Origin: Candidatus Moraniibacteriota bacterium
GTDB lineage: Bacteria; Patescibacteriota; Minisyncoccia; Moranbacterales; GWC2-37-73
Length of the DNA stretch: 64,000 nucleotides
Reading direction: 5' to 3'
NCBI GenBank assembly: GCA_028715015.1
Contig: JAQTLF010000001.1
Location: forward strand, 29,243 to 93,242
Shown: in pieces, positions 17,680 to 26,677 of the stretch
How the letters are laid out: each line of letters begins with the position of its first letter
Position numbering within the stretch: position 1 is the stretch's first letter
Translations under genes and position numbers: made by a program
The notes under the pieces: generated by a model
Told to the model about the DNA's origin: nothing
Databases searched by the model: none
What the model saw: only the letters and a program-made list of their open reading frames with translations

Positions 17680-18729
17680 TTATAGCTGCTTTCTTAAAAA
17701 TTCGGCTGCCACTTCGGGTTGAAGAGTTGAGATTTCAATTCCAGTGTCCAATTCAAATCCTGCCCAATTCGCCGTATGCGGCAAAATTTCAATGTGCCAA
17801 TGAAAATTTTTATAATCCTGACCATCGCAAGGCGCCGTGTGGATGTAAAAATTGTAAGGCGGATCATTCAAGGCTTTATAAACCGATCCAAGCGCTTTAC
17901 TGAAAACTTCTGCCAGTGAAACTTTCTGCTCATCCGTGATGCGTTCAAAATATGGACTGTGGAATTTTGGCATCACATGCACTTCAAAGGCCGCTCTCGA
18001 AGCAAATGGGCAAAAGGCAATGAAATCATCATTTTCAAAAACGATTCTTTTCTTTTCCAAACTTTCATGTTCGATCACTGTGCAAAAAACACAATGCTTG
18101 TTGCTTTTGTGATATTTTTTTGCTCCATCCAATTCAAGTTGGATGTAGGGTGCAACCACAGGAATTGCCATCAATTGTGAATGTGGATGAGAAATCGATG
18201 CACCAGCTTCCTTGCCATGATTGTGAAAAATGGCGATATAATTCACATTTTTCTTGTTCATCAGATCAAGATATCTGTCCTGGTAAGCATCAAAAACTTC
18301 AGCAATTTCCATAACATCCATAATCGCCAATTGCCTGTAATGATCGCGCGTCACCACGATTTCATGATATCCCAAGCCGGCCATCGCCACATATGGTCCT
18401 TCGGAAACAGGATGCTCCAATTTTCCCTGGGAAAATGCCGGATATTTATTGGGAAAAACACGCAGCGTCCAATCTCCGTCAGCTTTGTGATAGATCAAAA
18501 CATCTTTTTCTTGTCCTGAAGCGACAGGATCTTCAAAAAGACATTCGTGGATTCCTTTGTCATCTTTGATTCTTTCAAAATTCGCAAAATCATCCGGCCG
18601 CTTGGCACGACCAGTGGCAATCACCACCCAATCACCAGAAACAATGTCCTGCCTCAATTCAGAAGCTGGAATTATTTTTGATTCTTCCTCATCTTTATTT
18701 TTTTCCAAATTGTTAATTGAGATGTTCAC
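17680..18729 (-). CDS. galactose-1-phosphate uridylyltransferase-like (GalT/HIT superfamily)
   Basis: 349 aa tandem HIT-like halves; active-site HPHSQ (HxHxQ). Confidence 0.7.
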   Translation of the reverse strand: MNISINNLEKNKDEEESKIIPASELRQDIVSGDWVVIATGRAKRPDDFANFERIKDDKGIHECLFEDPVASGQEKDVLIYHKADGDWTLRVFPNKYPAFSQGKLEHPVSEGPYVAMAGLGYHEIVVTRDHYRQLAIMDVMEIAEVFDAYQDRYLDLMNKKNVNYIAIFHNHGKEAGASISHPHSQLMAIPVVAPYIQLELDGAKKYHKSNKHCVFCTVIEHESLEKKRIVFENDDFIAFCPFASRAAFEVHVMPKFHSPYFERITDEQKVSLAEVFSKALGSVYKALNDPPYNFYIHTAPCDGQDYKNFHWHIEILPHTANWAGFELDTGIEISTLQPEVAAEFLRKQL

Positions 18730-18774
18730 AATTTTTATTTTTTTGTTTTTTTATTTTCTCCCGATTGCTGGTCA

Positions 18775-19524
18775 CTATTTTTTGATGTTGTATTTTCCAG
18801 TGATCAAGCGCAATTTTGTTTTGAACAAATCTATCAGCACTTGGATGAATCCATTAGGGCCAGTAAGGCTTACTGTTGAACCTTCTTCATTGAGCCATCG
18901 CACGGGCATCTGTTTTATTTTGAATCCCAGAGCTTTTGCCAAAATTATAAGTTCAAAATCGAATCCGAATCTGTCAACAACCATTCTGCTGGCAACCGCA
19001 TGGGCAGCCTCGCCTGTCAACATTTTGAAACCGCATTGCGTGTCTGGAAAACTCCAGAGTCCCAGCACGATTCTGATGAGCCAATTTCCGCCTTCGCCCA
19101 TGAATTCACGATACTTTGGTTGATGCACTTGCACGAAAGCTCCTTGGATTTTTCTTGAACCCACGATGACGTCATTCCCAGCTTCCAACTCCGGCAAAAA
19201 TTTTTCCACATGAGTGATCGAAGTTGATCCATCAGCATCCAAAAAGACAACATATTTTCCTTTGGTCTCAAGCAATCCTTGACGCACCACATATCCTTTG
19301 CCGTGGTTGACCTCATTATTTATCACACGCAAATTTTTGATCTGCTTGGCATAATTGCCAGCAACCTCAGCGGTATTGTCAGGCGAACCATCCACGACAA
19401 TGATGACTTCGTATTCAAATTCCTTTGTTGATAAAAATTTTTCAATTTCCAACAAATTGCTTCCGATGCGTTCTTTTTCCTTATAGGCCGGGATAACCAC
19501 CGACAAGTATGGTGTCTGCTCCAT
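18775..19524 (-). CDS. family-2 glycosyltransferase (polyprenyl-phosphate sugar transferase, DPM1-like)
   Basis: VVIPAYKE...VDGSPDNT...LDADGS GT-A motifs. Confidence 0.85.
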   Translation of the reverse strand: MEQTPYLSVVIPAYKEKERIGSNLLEIEKFLSTKEFEYEVIIVVDGSPDNTAEVAGNYAKQIKNLRVINNEVNHGKGYVVRQGLLETKGKYVVFLDADGSTSITHVEKFLPELEAGNDVIVGSRKIQGAFVQVHQPKYREFMGEGGNWLIRIVLGLWSFPDTQCGFKMLTGEAAHAVASRMVVDRFGFDFELIILAKALGFKIKQMPVRWLNEEGSTVSLTGPNGFIQVLIDLFKTKLRLITGKYNIKK

Positions 19525-19605
19525 TGTTTTGATTTTATTCTATTGATTAAATTATCTTATCTAAAGTATAGCATATTATGGCAAAAAGACCACACTACGT
19601 CCAAA

Positions 19606-19746
19606 GATACAATGACCAAAAAATCTCAAATCTCAATTTCCAATGTCAAATAAAATCCAAAATCTCAAATCCTAAAAATTTTTTAGACATTTTGGCTTGA
19701 GTCATTTATTGGAAATTTGGATTTTGTCATTTGGATTTTAGTTTGA
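19606..19746. repeat. left arm of a long inverted repeat flanking the ruvX-map segment
   Basis: 19649-19746 is the exact reverse complement of 21381-21479; 19606-19648 matches RC(21547-21590) with one mismatch. Confidence 0.9.
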
Positions 19747-19770
19747 TGTTTGTTTCTTGTATCTTGTTGT

Positions 19771-20178
19771 TTAAAGAATTTGATTGTCCAGCCAGCTTTG
19801 CAAAATGATCCGGGCCGCTTCTTGATCATCAAGATTGGCGATGTTTGTGCCGCCTCGCATCTTGATGTTTTCCTGGGCCATCTTGGTCGTGAACATCTCT
19901 TCTTGGAATTCAATCCTGATTCCAGTTTCTTTTTCAAGCATTTTGGCAAAATCCAATTTCTCCTGGACGCTTTGCTGGTCTTTGTCGTGCTTGGTCATGC
20001 CAAGAACGATCGTTTTGACATTCTCACACGCAACAATTTCTTTTAAGTTACTGCGAAAGTCTTTGTCATTTTTGAGCGTATCAAAAGCAAAGGCCATTTT
20101 GGTCTCCTCATCAGCAATGGCCAATCCAATCTTGCTTTGACCATAATCTATACCCAAAATTGTGCTTATTTGAGCCAT
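19771..20178 (-). CDS. ruvX: Holliday-junction resolvase-like YqgF/RuvX (start refined to MAQISTILGIDYG)
   Basis: ILGIDYGQSKIGLA N-terminal motif and RNase H-like fold pattern. Confidence 0.8.
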   Translation of the reverse strand: MAQISTILGIDYGQSKIGLAIADEETKMAFAFDTLKNDKDFRSNLKEIVACENVKTIVLGMTKHDKDQQSVQEKLDFAKMLEKETGIRIEFQEEMFTTKMAQENIKMRGGTNIANLDDQEAARIILQSWLDNQIL

Positions 20179-20204
20179 ATTTTTCATTTTCATGCTTATT
20201 TTGC

Positions 20205-20233
20205 TTGACATTTTCATTATATCATGCTAATAT
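20205..20233 (+). promoter_or_regulatory. strong sigma70-type promoter
   Basis: TTGACA (20205-20210), 17-bp spacer, TAATAT (20228-20233). Confidence 0.6.
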
Positions 20234-20283
20234 TATTAAAACAAAAAGCAGTAAAAATCCAATAACAAGCGGAGGTAGCACCA

Positions 20284-20520
20284 ATGGAACCAATGGTTAT
20301 CCTAGGTCTCGTCATCGTTGTGTATGGTTTTTACATTTCTCATAAGGATGACGACTTGTTCTGCATCCGAATGCTTAAAAAAGTAATGCGATTCAATTCA
20401 CCCAAGGTGGAAAAGATTCTAGCAAAAGAATCCAAACCGCCTATTGGTAGAGTTGTGAAAAGCAGCGAGAGTATTTCCTACGTGCAGGTCGGACATCAAC
20501 AAGTACGACTATACCACTAA
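20284..20520 (+). CDS. small membrane-anchored protein (78 aa), stand-alone plus-strand transcription unit
   Basis: GGAGGT SD 8 nt upstream of the ATG; single N-terminal TM helix (MEPMVILGLVIVVYGFYI); own promoter and terminator. Confidence 0.6.
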   Translation: MEPMVILGLVIVVYGFYISHKDDDLFCIRMLKKVMRFNSPKVEKILAKESKPPIGRVVKSSESISYVQVGHQQVRLYH

Positions 20521-20544
20521 GAAGCTATGCGCTGCGTCATCAAT

Positions 20545-20586
20545 TGTGCACATTTCGTCAAAGACGATTTTGTGCACTTTTTTTAT
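20545..20586 (+). terminator. rho-independent terminator
   Basis: GTGCAC...TCGTCaaaGACGA...GTGCAC nested hairpin followed by T8. Confidence 0.65.
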
Positions 20587-21347
20587 TGTGTCAAAACTTC
20601 AACTCCATTTTTTGTTATCAAAATAGTATTTTCATAATGGGCGGAAAGTTTTCGGTCGGCTGTTAAAAACACCCAACCATCTGGTCCGATAGAATTGAGA
20701 TGTGTGCCGACATTCACCATGGGCTCCAATGCCAAAGTCATTCCTTCCTGCAAAACCAGATCCCTGAAACCTTTTTCAAAATAGTTGGGAACTTGCGGAT
20801 CTTCGTGAAGATTCCTGCCGATGCCATGACCGACCAAATTTTTCACCACTGAAAAACCAGCTGATTCGATTGTTTGCTGGGCAGCCTTGGAATAGTCGCT
20901 GAGTTTTGCTCCGGCTTTCAGATTCTTGATGCCTTTCCAAAATGATTTTTCTGTGATTTCAATCAGTTTTTGAGCTTCATTGCTGATTTTTCCCACAGCG
21001 AATGTGCGTGCCATGTCAGAATAGAATCCTTCGATTTCGATGCCCAAATCAACTTTGAAAATATCCCCTTCTTCCAAAATCCTGTCGTCACTGGGAATGC
21101 CATGCACGATTTCATCATTGATTGACGCGCAGATTGTGGCTGGAAACGGATTGCTGCGGTCTCCATATCCCTTGAAAGCTGGCGTGCCTCCAGAGCGCAA
21201 AATCAGCTCTTCAGCGAGCTTGTCGATCTGCATCGTGCTCACACCCGGACACACTTCGGCTTCAATTTCACGCATAACTTCAGCCAAAGCTTTGCCAGCC
21301 CGACGCATGATATTCAACTCAAATTCACTTTTTATATGTATAGACAT
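20583..21347 (-). CDS. map: methionine aminopeptidase, type I
   Basis: MetAP pita-bread fold with the conserved metal-ligand Asp/His/Glu pattern. Confidence 0.95.
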   Translation of the reverse strand: MSIHIKSEFELNIMRRAGKALAEVMREIEAEVCPGVSTMQIDKLAEELILRSGGTPAFKGYGDRSNPFPATICASINDEIVHGIPSDDRILEEGDIFKVDLGIEIEGFYSDMARTFAVGKISNEAQKLIEITEKSFWKGIKNLKAGAKLSDYSKAAQQTIESAGFSVVKNLVGHGIGRNLHEDPQVPNYFEKGFRDLVLQEGMTLALEPMVNVGTHLNSIGPDGWVFLTADRKLSAHYENTILITKNGVEVLTQ

Positions 21348-21380
21348 ATTTTATCAATAATAAAGATACAAGAAGCAAAT

Positions 21381-21590
21381 ATCAAACTAAAATCCAAATG
21401 ACAAAATCCAAATTTCCAATAAATGACTCAAGCCAAAATGTCTAAAAAATTTTTAGGATTTGAGATTTTGGATTTTATTATCAAACGTAGCGAGTGTAAT
21501 AAAAAATTTTTTATTACCGAGCAAGTGCAGATAATATGGTAACCCATATTTGACATTGGAAATTGGGATTTGAGATTTTTTGGTTATTGT
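21381..21590. repeat. right arm of the long inverted repeat (carries a 67-bp internal insertion at 21480-21546)
   Basis: reverse complement of 19606-19746; the insertion contains the perfect palindrome GTAATAAAAAATTTTTTATTAC. Confidence 0.9.
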
Positions 21591-21604
21591 TTTTTGTTTC
21601 CTGA

Positions 21605-22246
21605 TTATTCTAATTCACTAACTATATCTCCAAAAACTTCTTCCACTCCCCTGTTTCCATCAACTTCAATCAGCATTCCTTTGTGGCGATAATGTTCAAT
21701 GACTGGAATGGTGATTTCATAGAAAGTGTCCAATCTTTTTTTGATTCCGTCTGGCGTGTCATCATTTCTTTGCATGATCGGTCCTCCGCATGTCGGACAA
21801 GGCTCTTCAGTGTTGTGGATATGTTTGCCAAGAACGAAATGGCGATAACAAACAGTGCATGCATAACGTTTGGTGATGCGCCTGACTGATTCGTCATAAG
21901 GCAAAGTGATGTATATGGCCTTATCTATTGGACGATTCATTTCTTGGAGCATCTTCTCCACTGGAACAATCTGACCAGATGTGCGTGGTGCGCTGTCCAG
22001 CAAGACGCCCCTTTCCGGGGAAACTTTTTCCAAACGATCTTCAAGAACTTCCAAAGTGATGTCATCCGGAATCATTTCTTTTTGATCCAAAATTTCCTTA
22101 ACATTTCTTCCGAGATCAGATTCTTCCCTGGAAATTTCCCTGAAAATAAGACCGGTTTCAATATGCGCCAAGTTGTATTTTTCACAGAGCAAATCAGCTT
22201 GTGTTCCCTTCCCGCTTCCCTGCGGACCAAAGATAATAATATTCAT
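21605..22246 (-). CDS. adk: adenylate kinase (zinc-lid type)
   Basis: P-loop GPQGSGKGT; lid CxxC...CxxC (CTVCYRH...CPTCGG). Confidence 0.95.
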   Translation of the reverse strand: MNIIIFGPQGSGKGTQADLLCEKYNLAHIETGLIFREISREESDLGRNVKEILDQKEMIPDDITLEVLEDRLEKVSPERGVLLDSAPRTSGQIVPVEKMLQEMNRPIDKAIYITLPYDESVRRITKRYACTVCYRHFVLGKHIHNTEEPCPTCGGPIMQRNDDTPDGIKKRLDTFYEITIPVIEHYRHKGMLIEVDGNRGVEEVFGDIVSELE

Positions 22247-22300
22247 GTTTTAGCTTTTTAGGCTTTAGCTTCTTAGCTTCTTAGCTTCTTGAAAAACTCA
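22247..22300 (-). repeat. octamer AAGAAGCU x3-5 repeat abutting the adk start
   Basis: minus-strand sense caAGAAGCTAAGAAGCTAAGAAGCTAAAGCCTAAAAAGCTAAAAC-ATG. Confidence 0.75.
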
Positions 22301-22348
22301 TTCAAATTCCTGAAAAGCTAATTGCCTAAAAAGCTATGAAGCTGTTAA

Positions 22349-23620
22349 TTAGAATCCTTCGTAATCTCTCATGACAAGTTGTCCTTCGATTTGTTTGATT
22401 GTTTCAATCACAACTGAAACAACAATAAGAATACTGGTGCCGCCAATCTTGAGAGACTGGATGTTTGTCATCCCTTGAATGACAAATGGCAGCACAGCAA
22501 TGGTTCCCAAGAAAATTGATCCGGTAAGTGTGATCCTATTCATGATCTTGTACAAAAAGTCGGCAGTTGTTTTTCCGGGTCTTATCCCTGGAATGTAGCC
22601 TCCTTGTTTTTGAAGATTTTCCGCAATTTTGACAGGATCAAAAACGACTGCGGTATAGAAATATGTGAACATGACAATCAAAATAAAATACAGACTGCTG
22701 TAAAAAACTTGGTTTTGGAAAAGGGTGTTCACGAATGCGGCCGCATGCGCAACCGCAGGATTTGAGGCTTTCATGAGGAAAGTAGCAATCATTCCAGGAA
22801 AAAGCATGATTGACATAGCGAAAATAATTGGAATAACTCCAGCTTGGTTGACTCGCAACGGCAAATGCGTTGTTGAACCGCCATAAGTCTTGTCGCCCCT
22901 CACTCTCTTGGCATATGAAACCGGAATGTTTCTTTGTCCTTCAGTCACCAACACAACACCGGCAATAGTGATCAGTGTGACAGCCAAAAGCGCAATGTAT
23001 GTAAAAATCTGGGTTGAATCCAAAGTCAAAAGAAGTTTGGAAATTCCGGAAGGAAGTCCGCTGACAATACCGGCAAAAATGATCAGGGACACGCCATTGC
23101 CTATGCCTTTTTCTGTGATAAGCTCGCCCAACCACATCAAAAATATAGTTCCAGCTGTGGCTATGATCACAATAACTGCAATATCAAAAGGTGCCGAGAC
23201 TGACAAAACCCCTTGTGAACGCAACAAGGTGATCAAACTGAAAGTCTGCAGAACTGCCAATGGCACAGTGAGCCATCTTGTCCACATGTTGAATTTTTGT
23301 CTTCCAGCTTCACCTTCCTCTTTATAGAGCTGCTCCACTCGCGGCACGATCATGGTCAAAAGCTGCATGATGATTGATGCGGTGATATATGGTCCGACGC
23401 CCAACATGACAATCGAAATGTTCGTCAATCCTCCGCCAGAAAAAACATTCAACATGCCCAAAAATTGATTGCCCTCAAAAAGACGTCTCAATTGTTCGAT
23501 ATTCACACCTGGAACCGGCACATTGGCAGCAATCCTGAAAACAACAAGAATCCCCAAAATGAAGAGGATCTTGTTGCGCAGTTCTGGTATTTTGAAGATT
23601 TGTGTTATTTTTTCAAGCAT
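22349..23620 (-). CDS. secY: preprotein translocase subunit SecY
   Basis: 423 aa, 10-TM SecY topology, in the conserved position after rplO. Confidence 0.95.
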   Translation of the reverse strand: MLEKITQIFKIPELRNKILFILGILVVFRIAANVPVPGVNIEQLRRLFEGNQFLGMLNVFSGGGLTNISIVMLGVGPYITASIIMQLLTMIVPRVEQLYKEEGEAGRQKFNMWTRWLTVPLAVLQTFSLITLLRSQGVLSVSAPFDIAVIVIIATAGTIFLMWLGELITEKGIGNGVSLIIFAGIVSGLPSGISKLLLTLDSTQIFTYIALLAVTLITIAGVVLVTEGQRNIPVSYAKRVRGDKTYGGSTTHLPLRVNQAGVIPIIFAMSIMLFPGMIATFLMKASNPAVAHAAAFVNTLFQNQVFYSSLYFILIVMFTYFYTAVVFDPVKIAENLQKQGGYIPGIRPGKTTADFLYKIMNRITLTGSIFLGTIAVLPFVIQGMTNIQSLKIGGTSILIVVSVVIETIKQIEGQLVMRDYEGF

Positions 23621-23624
23621 TTCA

Positions 23625-23720
23625 AATAGCTTCTCAGCTTCTTAGCCTTTCAGCTTCTTAGCTTTAAAGATAGCATTAGTTTTTTTAATTTCCTAAGAAG
23701 CTAACAAGCTAATGCCTCAG
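23625..23720 (-). repeat. octamer/nonamer GCTAAGAAG-type repeats upstream of secY
   Basis: sense ...AAGCTAAGAAGCTGAAAGGCTAAGAAGCTGAGAAGCTATTTGAA-ATG. Confidence 0.7.
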
Positions 23721-23723
23721 AAG

Positions 23724-24161
23724 CTACTCTAGGATTTTTCCACCTGCTTTGATTATAGCATCTTTGGCAGTTTGTGAAAGAAGTATTTCTGCTGAAATAG
23801 TAAGTTTTTTGGCAATTGTTCCGCTGGCAAGAATCTTTAGACCGTTTTTAACGTCAGCCTTGTCCACAATTTTTGCTCCAAGCAAAGTTTCAACCGAAAT
23901 GATGTCATTGTCTTTGAAAGCTTTTTCCAAAGTTTCCAATTTTATCACAGTTTTCTTGGCATTAAGAGATTTGAAACCTCGCACTTTTTTCAAGCGTTCA
24001 ACAAGTGAAGATCGTCCACCTTCAAACAACGGATCGATTGATGCTCCAGAGCGAGCTTTCTGACCTTTGTTTCCACGACCAGAATAAGTTCCGCGCTTTC
24101 CGCCACGACCAACTGTTTTTTTGTCCTTGCGTTTTTTTACTTTAAGTTGATGAATTTGCAT
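23724..24161 (-). CDS. rplO: 50S ribosomal protein L15
   Basis: Gly/Arg-rich N-terminus (GRGGKRGTYSGRG) and position between rpsE and secY. Confidence 0.9.
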   Translation of the reverse strand: MQIHQLKVKKRKDKKTVGRGGKRGTYSGRGNKGQKARSGASIDPLFEGGRSSLVERLKKVRGFKSLNAKKTVIKLETLEKAFKDNDIISVETLLGAKIVDKADVKNGLKILASGTIAKKLTISAEILLSQTAKDAIIKAGGKILE

Positions 24162-24241
24162 AAATTTAACTTATAACTTATAACTAACCACTTATAACGA
24201 ATTTTTACGTATTTCTGTTGTTTGTTATTTGTTATTGGTAA

Positions 24242-24760
24242 TTAGTTAGTCGCTGCTACTTCCTTGGCTGGCTCAACAACTTCCTTGATACGAGGTGCTT
24301 TCAAAGCTTTCAAAGCTTCAATTGTCACACGTGCCACATTAAGTTTGTTTGATGTCCCCAAAGATTTTGAAACGATGTCTCGAATACCAGCCAAGTCAAC
24401 AACTGCGCGTACAGCTCCTCCAGCAATAACTCCGCGTCCTTTTGAAGCAGGTTTCAATAAAACCTTAGCGCTTCCAAGTTTCATACTGATGTCGTGGGCG
24501 ATAGTGTTGTCAGACAATTTCACAGTGATCATCGATTTTTTGGCATCATTGTAAGCTTTGCCAATAGCATCAGAAACATCAGACCCTTTGGAAACTCCGA
24601 CTCCAACTCTTCCTTTGCGGTCACCAATAACCAATGTTGCGCGGAAACGAAATCTTCGTCCTCCTTTTACCACGCGGGTAACGCGAGCCAAGTCCAAAAG
24701 TTTTTGTTCAAACTCTGGTTTTTCTCTTCGTTGCTGTTTTTTTCCTGGTCTCTTATTCAT
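24242..24760 (-). CDS. rpsE: 30S ribosomal protein S5 (start MNKRP)
   Basis: S5 dsRBD-like and C-terminal domains; operon position. Confidence 0.95.
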   Translation of the reverse strand: MNKRPGKKQQRREKPEFEQKLLDLARVTRVVKGGRRFRFRATLVIGDRKGRVGVGVSKGSDVSDAIGKAYNDAKKSMITVKLSDNTIAHDISMKLGSAKVLLKPASKGRGVIAGGAVRAVVDLAGIRDIVSKSLGTSNKLNVARVTIEALKALKAPRIKEVVEPAKEVAATN

Positions 24761-24805
24761 AATTATCATTAATCATGGAACATGGAGCATGGAACAAAAA
24801 TTCCA
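24761..24805 (-). repeat. heptamer CATGGAA/CATGGAG repeat abutting the rpsE start
   Basis: aatcatggaacatggagcatggaac. Confidence 0.8.
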
Positions 24806-24852
24806 ATCTGCCACACAATGTTCTATGTTTTATGCTCTATGTTATGTGTTAT

Positions 24853-25203
24853 TTAAAACTGCAATCCACCTTCTCTGGCACCCTCAGCCAAAGCCTTAAC
24901 TTTTCCATGATATCTATATCCGGCTCTATCATAGGTAGCTGTGGTTATTTTAGCTGCAATGCATTTCTCAGCAAGCAACTTTCCCACTTCCTTGGAGCCT
25001 TCAACTGTGTTTTTGGCATTTTTAATCTCAGTAAGATTGGCGCTTGCAAGAGTTTTTCCTGCCACGTCATCAATTGCCTGGACATAAATTCCACGCAAAC
25101 TCTTGAAAACAGCCAAACGTGGTTTTTCTTGAGTTCCAGAAATTTTTGCTCGAACTCTGCGCTTTCGCTGCAGTCGTCCACTATTGCTACTTATTTTTTT
25201 CAT
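24853..25203 (-). CDS. rplR: 50S ribosomal protein L18
   Basis: L18 family sequence; operon position. Confidence 0.9.
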   Translation of the reverse strand: MKKISSNSGRLQRKRRVRAKISGTQEKPRLAVFKSLRGIYVQAIDDVAGKTLASANLTEIKNAKNTVEGSKEVGKLLAEKCIAAKITTATYDRAGYRYHGKVKALAEGAREGGLQF

Positions 25204-25245
25204 AATTTATAATGAATCATGGAACATGGAGCATGGAACATATTT
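25204..25245 (-). repeat. heptamer CATGGAA/CATGGAG repeat abutting the rplR start
   Basis: aatcatggaacatggagcatggaaca; a mini-ORF stop (UGA) overlaps the start (AUGA). Confidence 0.8.
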
Positions 25246-25287
25246 TTTATTATCTTGCTCTATGCTTTATGCTCTATGTTATGTGAT

Positions 25288-25824
25288 TTACTTGGATGAT
25301 TTCTTTCCTTCTTTTCTACGTACATGTTCTCCGACATATTTAAATCCTTTTCCCTTATACGGTTCGACTGGCTTAAGAGCTCTAATATTGGCAGAAAACT
25401 GTCCGACTGCATGCTTGTCTATTCCACTTACTGTCATGGTGTTACCTTCAATGACAACATCCAATCCAGCAGGCACTTCAACAATAACGGGATGTGAAAA
25501 TCCGAGTGCAAGAGTAATGGTCTTTCCTGCGATAGCCATACGAAAACCAACTCCATTGAGTTCGAGTTGTTTTTTGAAACCACTCACCACTCCTTCAATC
25601 ATATTTTCAATTCTACGAGCAGTTGTTCCCCAAATAGCTGGGACATGTTTTCCCTTGCTTTCCTTTTCAACTGTGAATTCATTTTCCCCAAATTTAATCG
25701 AAACATCAACATGATGTTCAAATGTCATTTCACCCTTTGGTCCTTTTACGGTAACAATGTTTTTGTCAGTTGTTACAGTTACACCCGCTGGGATAGCTAC
25801 TGGTTTTTTTCCAATTCTACTCAT
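25288..25824 (-). CDS. rplF: 50S ribosomal protein L6
   Basis: two-domain L6 sequence; operon position. Confidence 0.95.
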   Translation of the reverse strand: MSRIGKKPVAIPAGVTVTTDKNIVTVKGPKGEMTFEHHVDVSIKFGENEFTVEKESKGKHVPAIWGTTARRIENMIEGVVSGFKKQLELNGVGFRMAIAGKTITLALGFSHPVIVEVPAGLDVVIEGNTMTVSGIDKHAVGQFSANIRALKPVEPYKGKGFKYVGEHVRRKEGKKSSK

Positions 25825-25919
25825 ACTATTTTATCGTTCTAATTGTTATAATTGTTCTATGCGTTCTAGTTGTTTTTTCAATTACAACAGTTACAACATT
25901 TAGAACACTAGCACATCTA

Positions 25920-26324
25920 TTACCAAACTTCGCAAATTATTTCTCCACCAAGTCCCATTTTTCTTGCCTTATCACCAGTCATCATACCCTTAGATGTTGA
26001 CACGATCGAAATTCCATATCCATTCTTCACGCGTTTGATGTCAGTCTTTTTAACATAGATTCTCTGACCTTGGCGACTTACGCGTTTGATTTCTCGAATT
26101 GCAGGATTTTTTTCAGTATTTGAAACAACATCATACTTCAAAACAATCTTAAGTATCGGGAATGATTCACCCATTTCTTTCTTAACTGATTCGATAAAAT
26201 TTCTTTGCTCTAAAATTTTAGCGATAGACAGCTTTAGCTTCGAAAAAGGCACTGACACCTCGCGGTGTTTTACCATTTGCGCATTTCGAATTCTTGTAAG
26301 CATGTCTGCTATTGGATCTAACAT
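25920..26324 (-). CDS. rpsH: 30S ribosomal protein S8
   Basis: S8 family sequence; operon position. Confidence 0.95.
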   Translation of the reverse strand: MLDPIADMLTRIRNAQMVKHREVSVPFSKLKLSIAKILEQRNFIESVKKEMGESFPILKIVLKYDVVSNTEKNPAIREIKRVSRQGQRIYVKKTDIKRVKNGYGISIVSTSKGMMTGDKARKMGLGGEIICEVW

Positions 26325-26405
26325 ATACGAATTTCTTATACTAATTATTTTCTAATTACAATACAACTTTTTATAAAAATAAATTCTGTCGGAATCAATT
26401 TTGAT

Positions 26406-26591
26406 TTACCAACTGCTCTTGGTTACTCCCGGCAATTCTCCCTTACTTGCCAACTCCCGGAAACAAATCCTGCAGATATCGTAGGCGCGAAGGTATCCAT
26501 GCTTTCGACCACATCGCCAACAGCGGCGCACAATGCGGGTTGAAAACTTGGGTTTCTTCTCTGCTCTAGCTTCTGTAGATGTTTTTGCCAT
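26406..26591 (-). CDS. rpsZ: 30S ribosomal protein S14 type Z (zinc-binding)
   Basis: 61 aa with CxxC...CxxC ([10 protein letters not shown]...CRIC). Confidence 0.95.
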   Translation of the reverse strand: MAKTSTEARAEKKPKFSTRIVRRCWRCGRKHGYLRAYDICRICFRELASKGELPGVTKSSW

Positions 26592-26677
26592 AATTTATCG
26601 TGAAACGTGGGGCGCGTAGCGTGGAGCGTTTGCATTCCTACGTTATGCGTTTTACGTTATGCGTTTTACCCTTTTAC

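Noticed and set aside
19606-21590. A composite transposon or integrated element carrying ruvX and map.
   Set aside because: No transposase, integrase or direct target duplications are present. The cargo genes are core housekeeping genes on the same strand as the surrounding operons, so it is described as inverted repeats of unknown origin rather than a mobile element.
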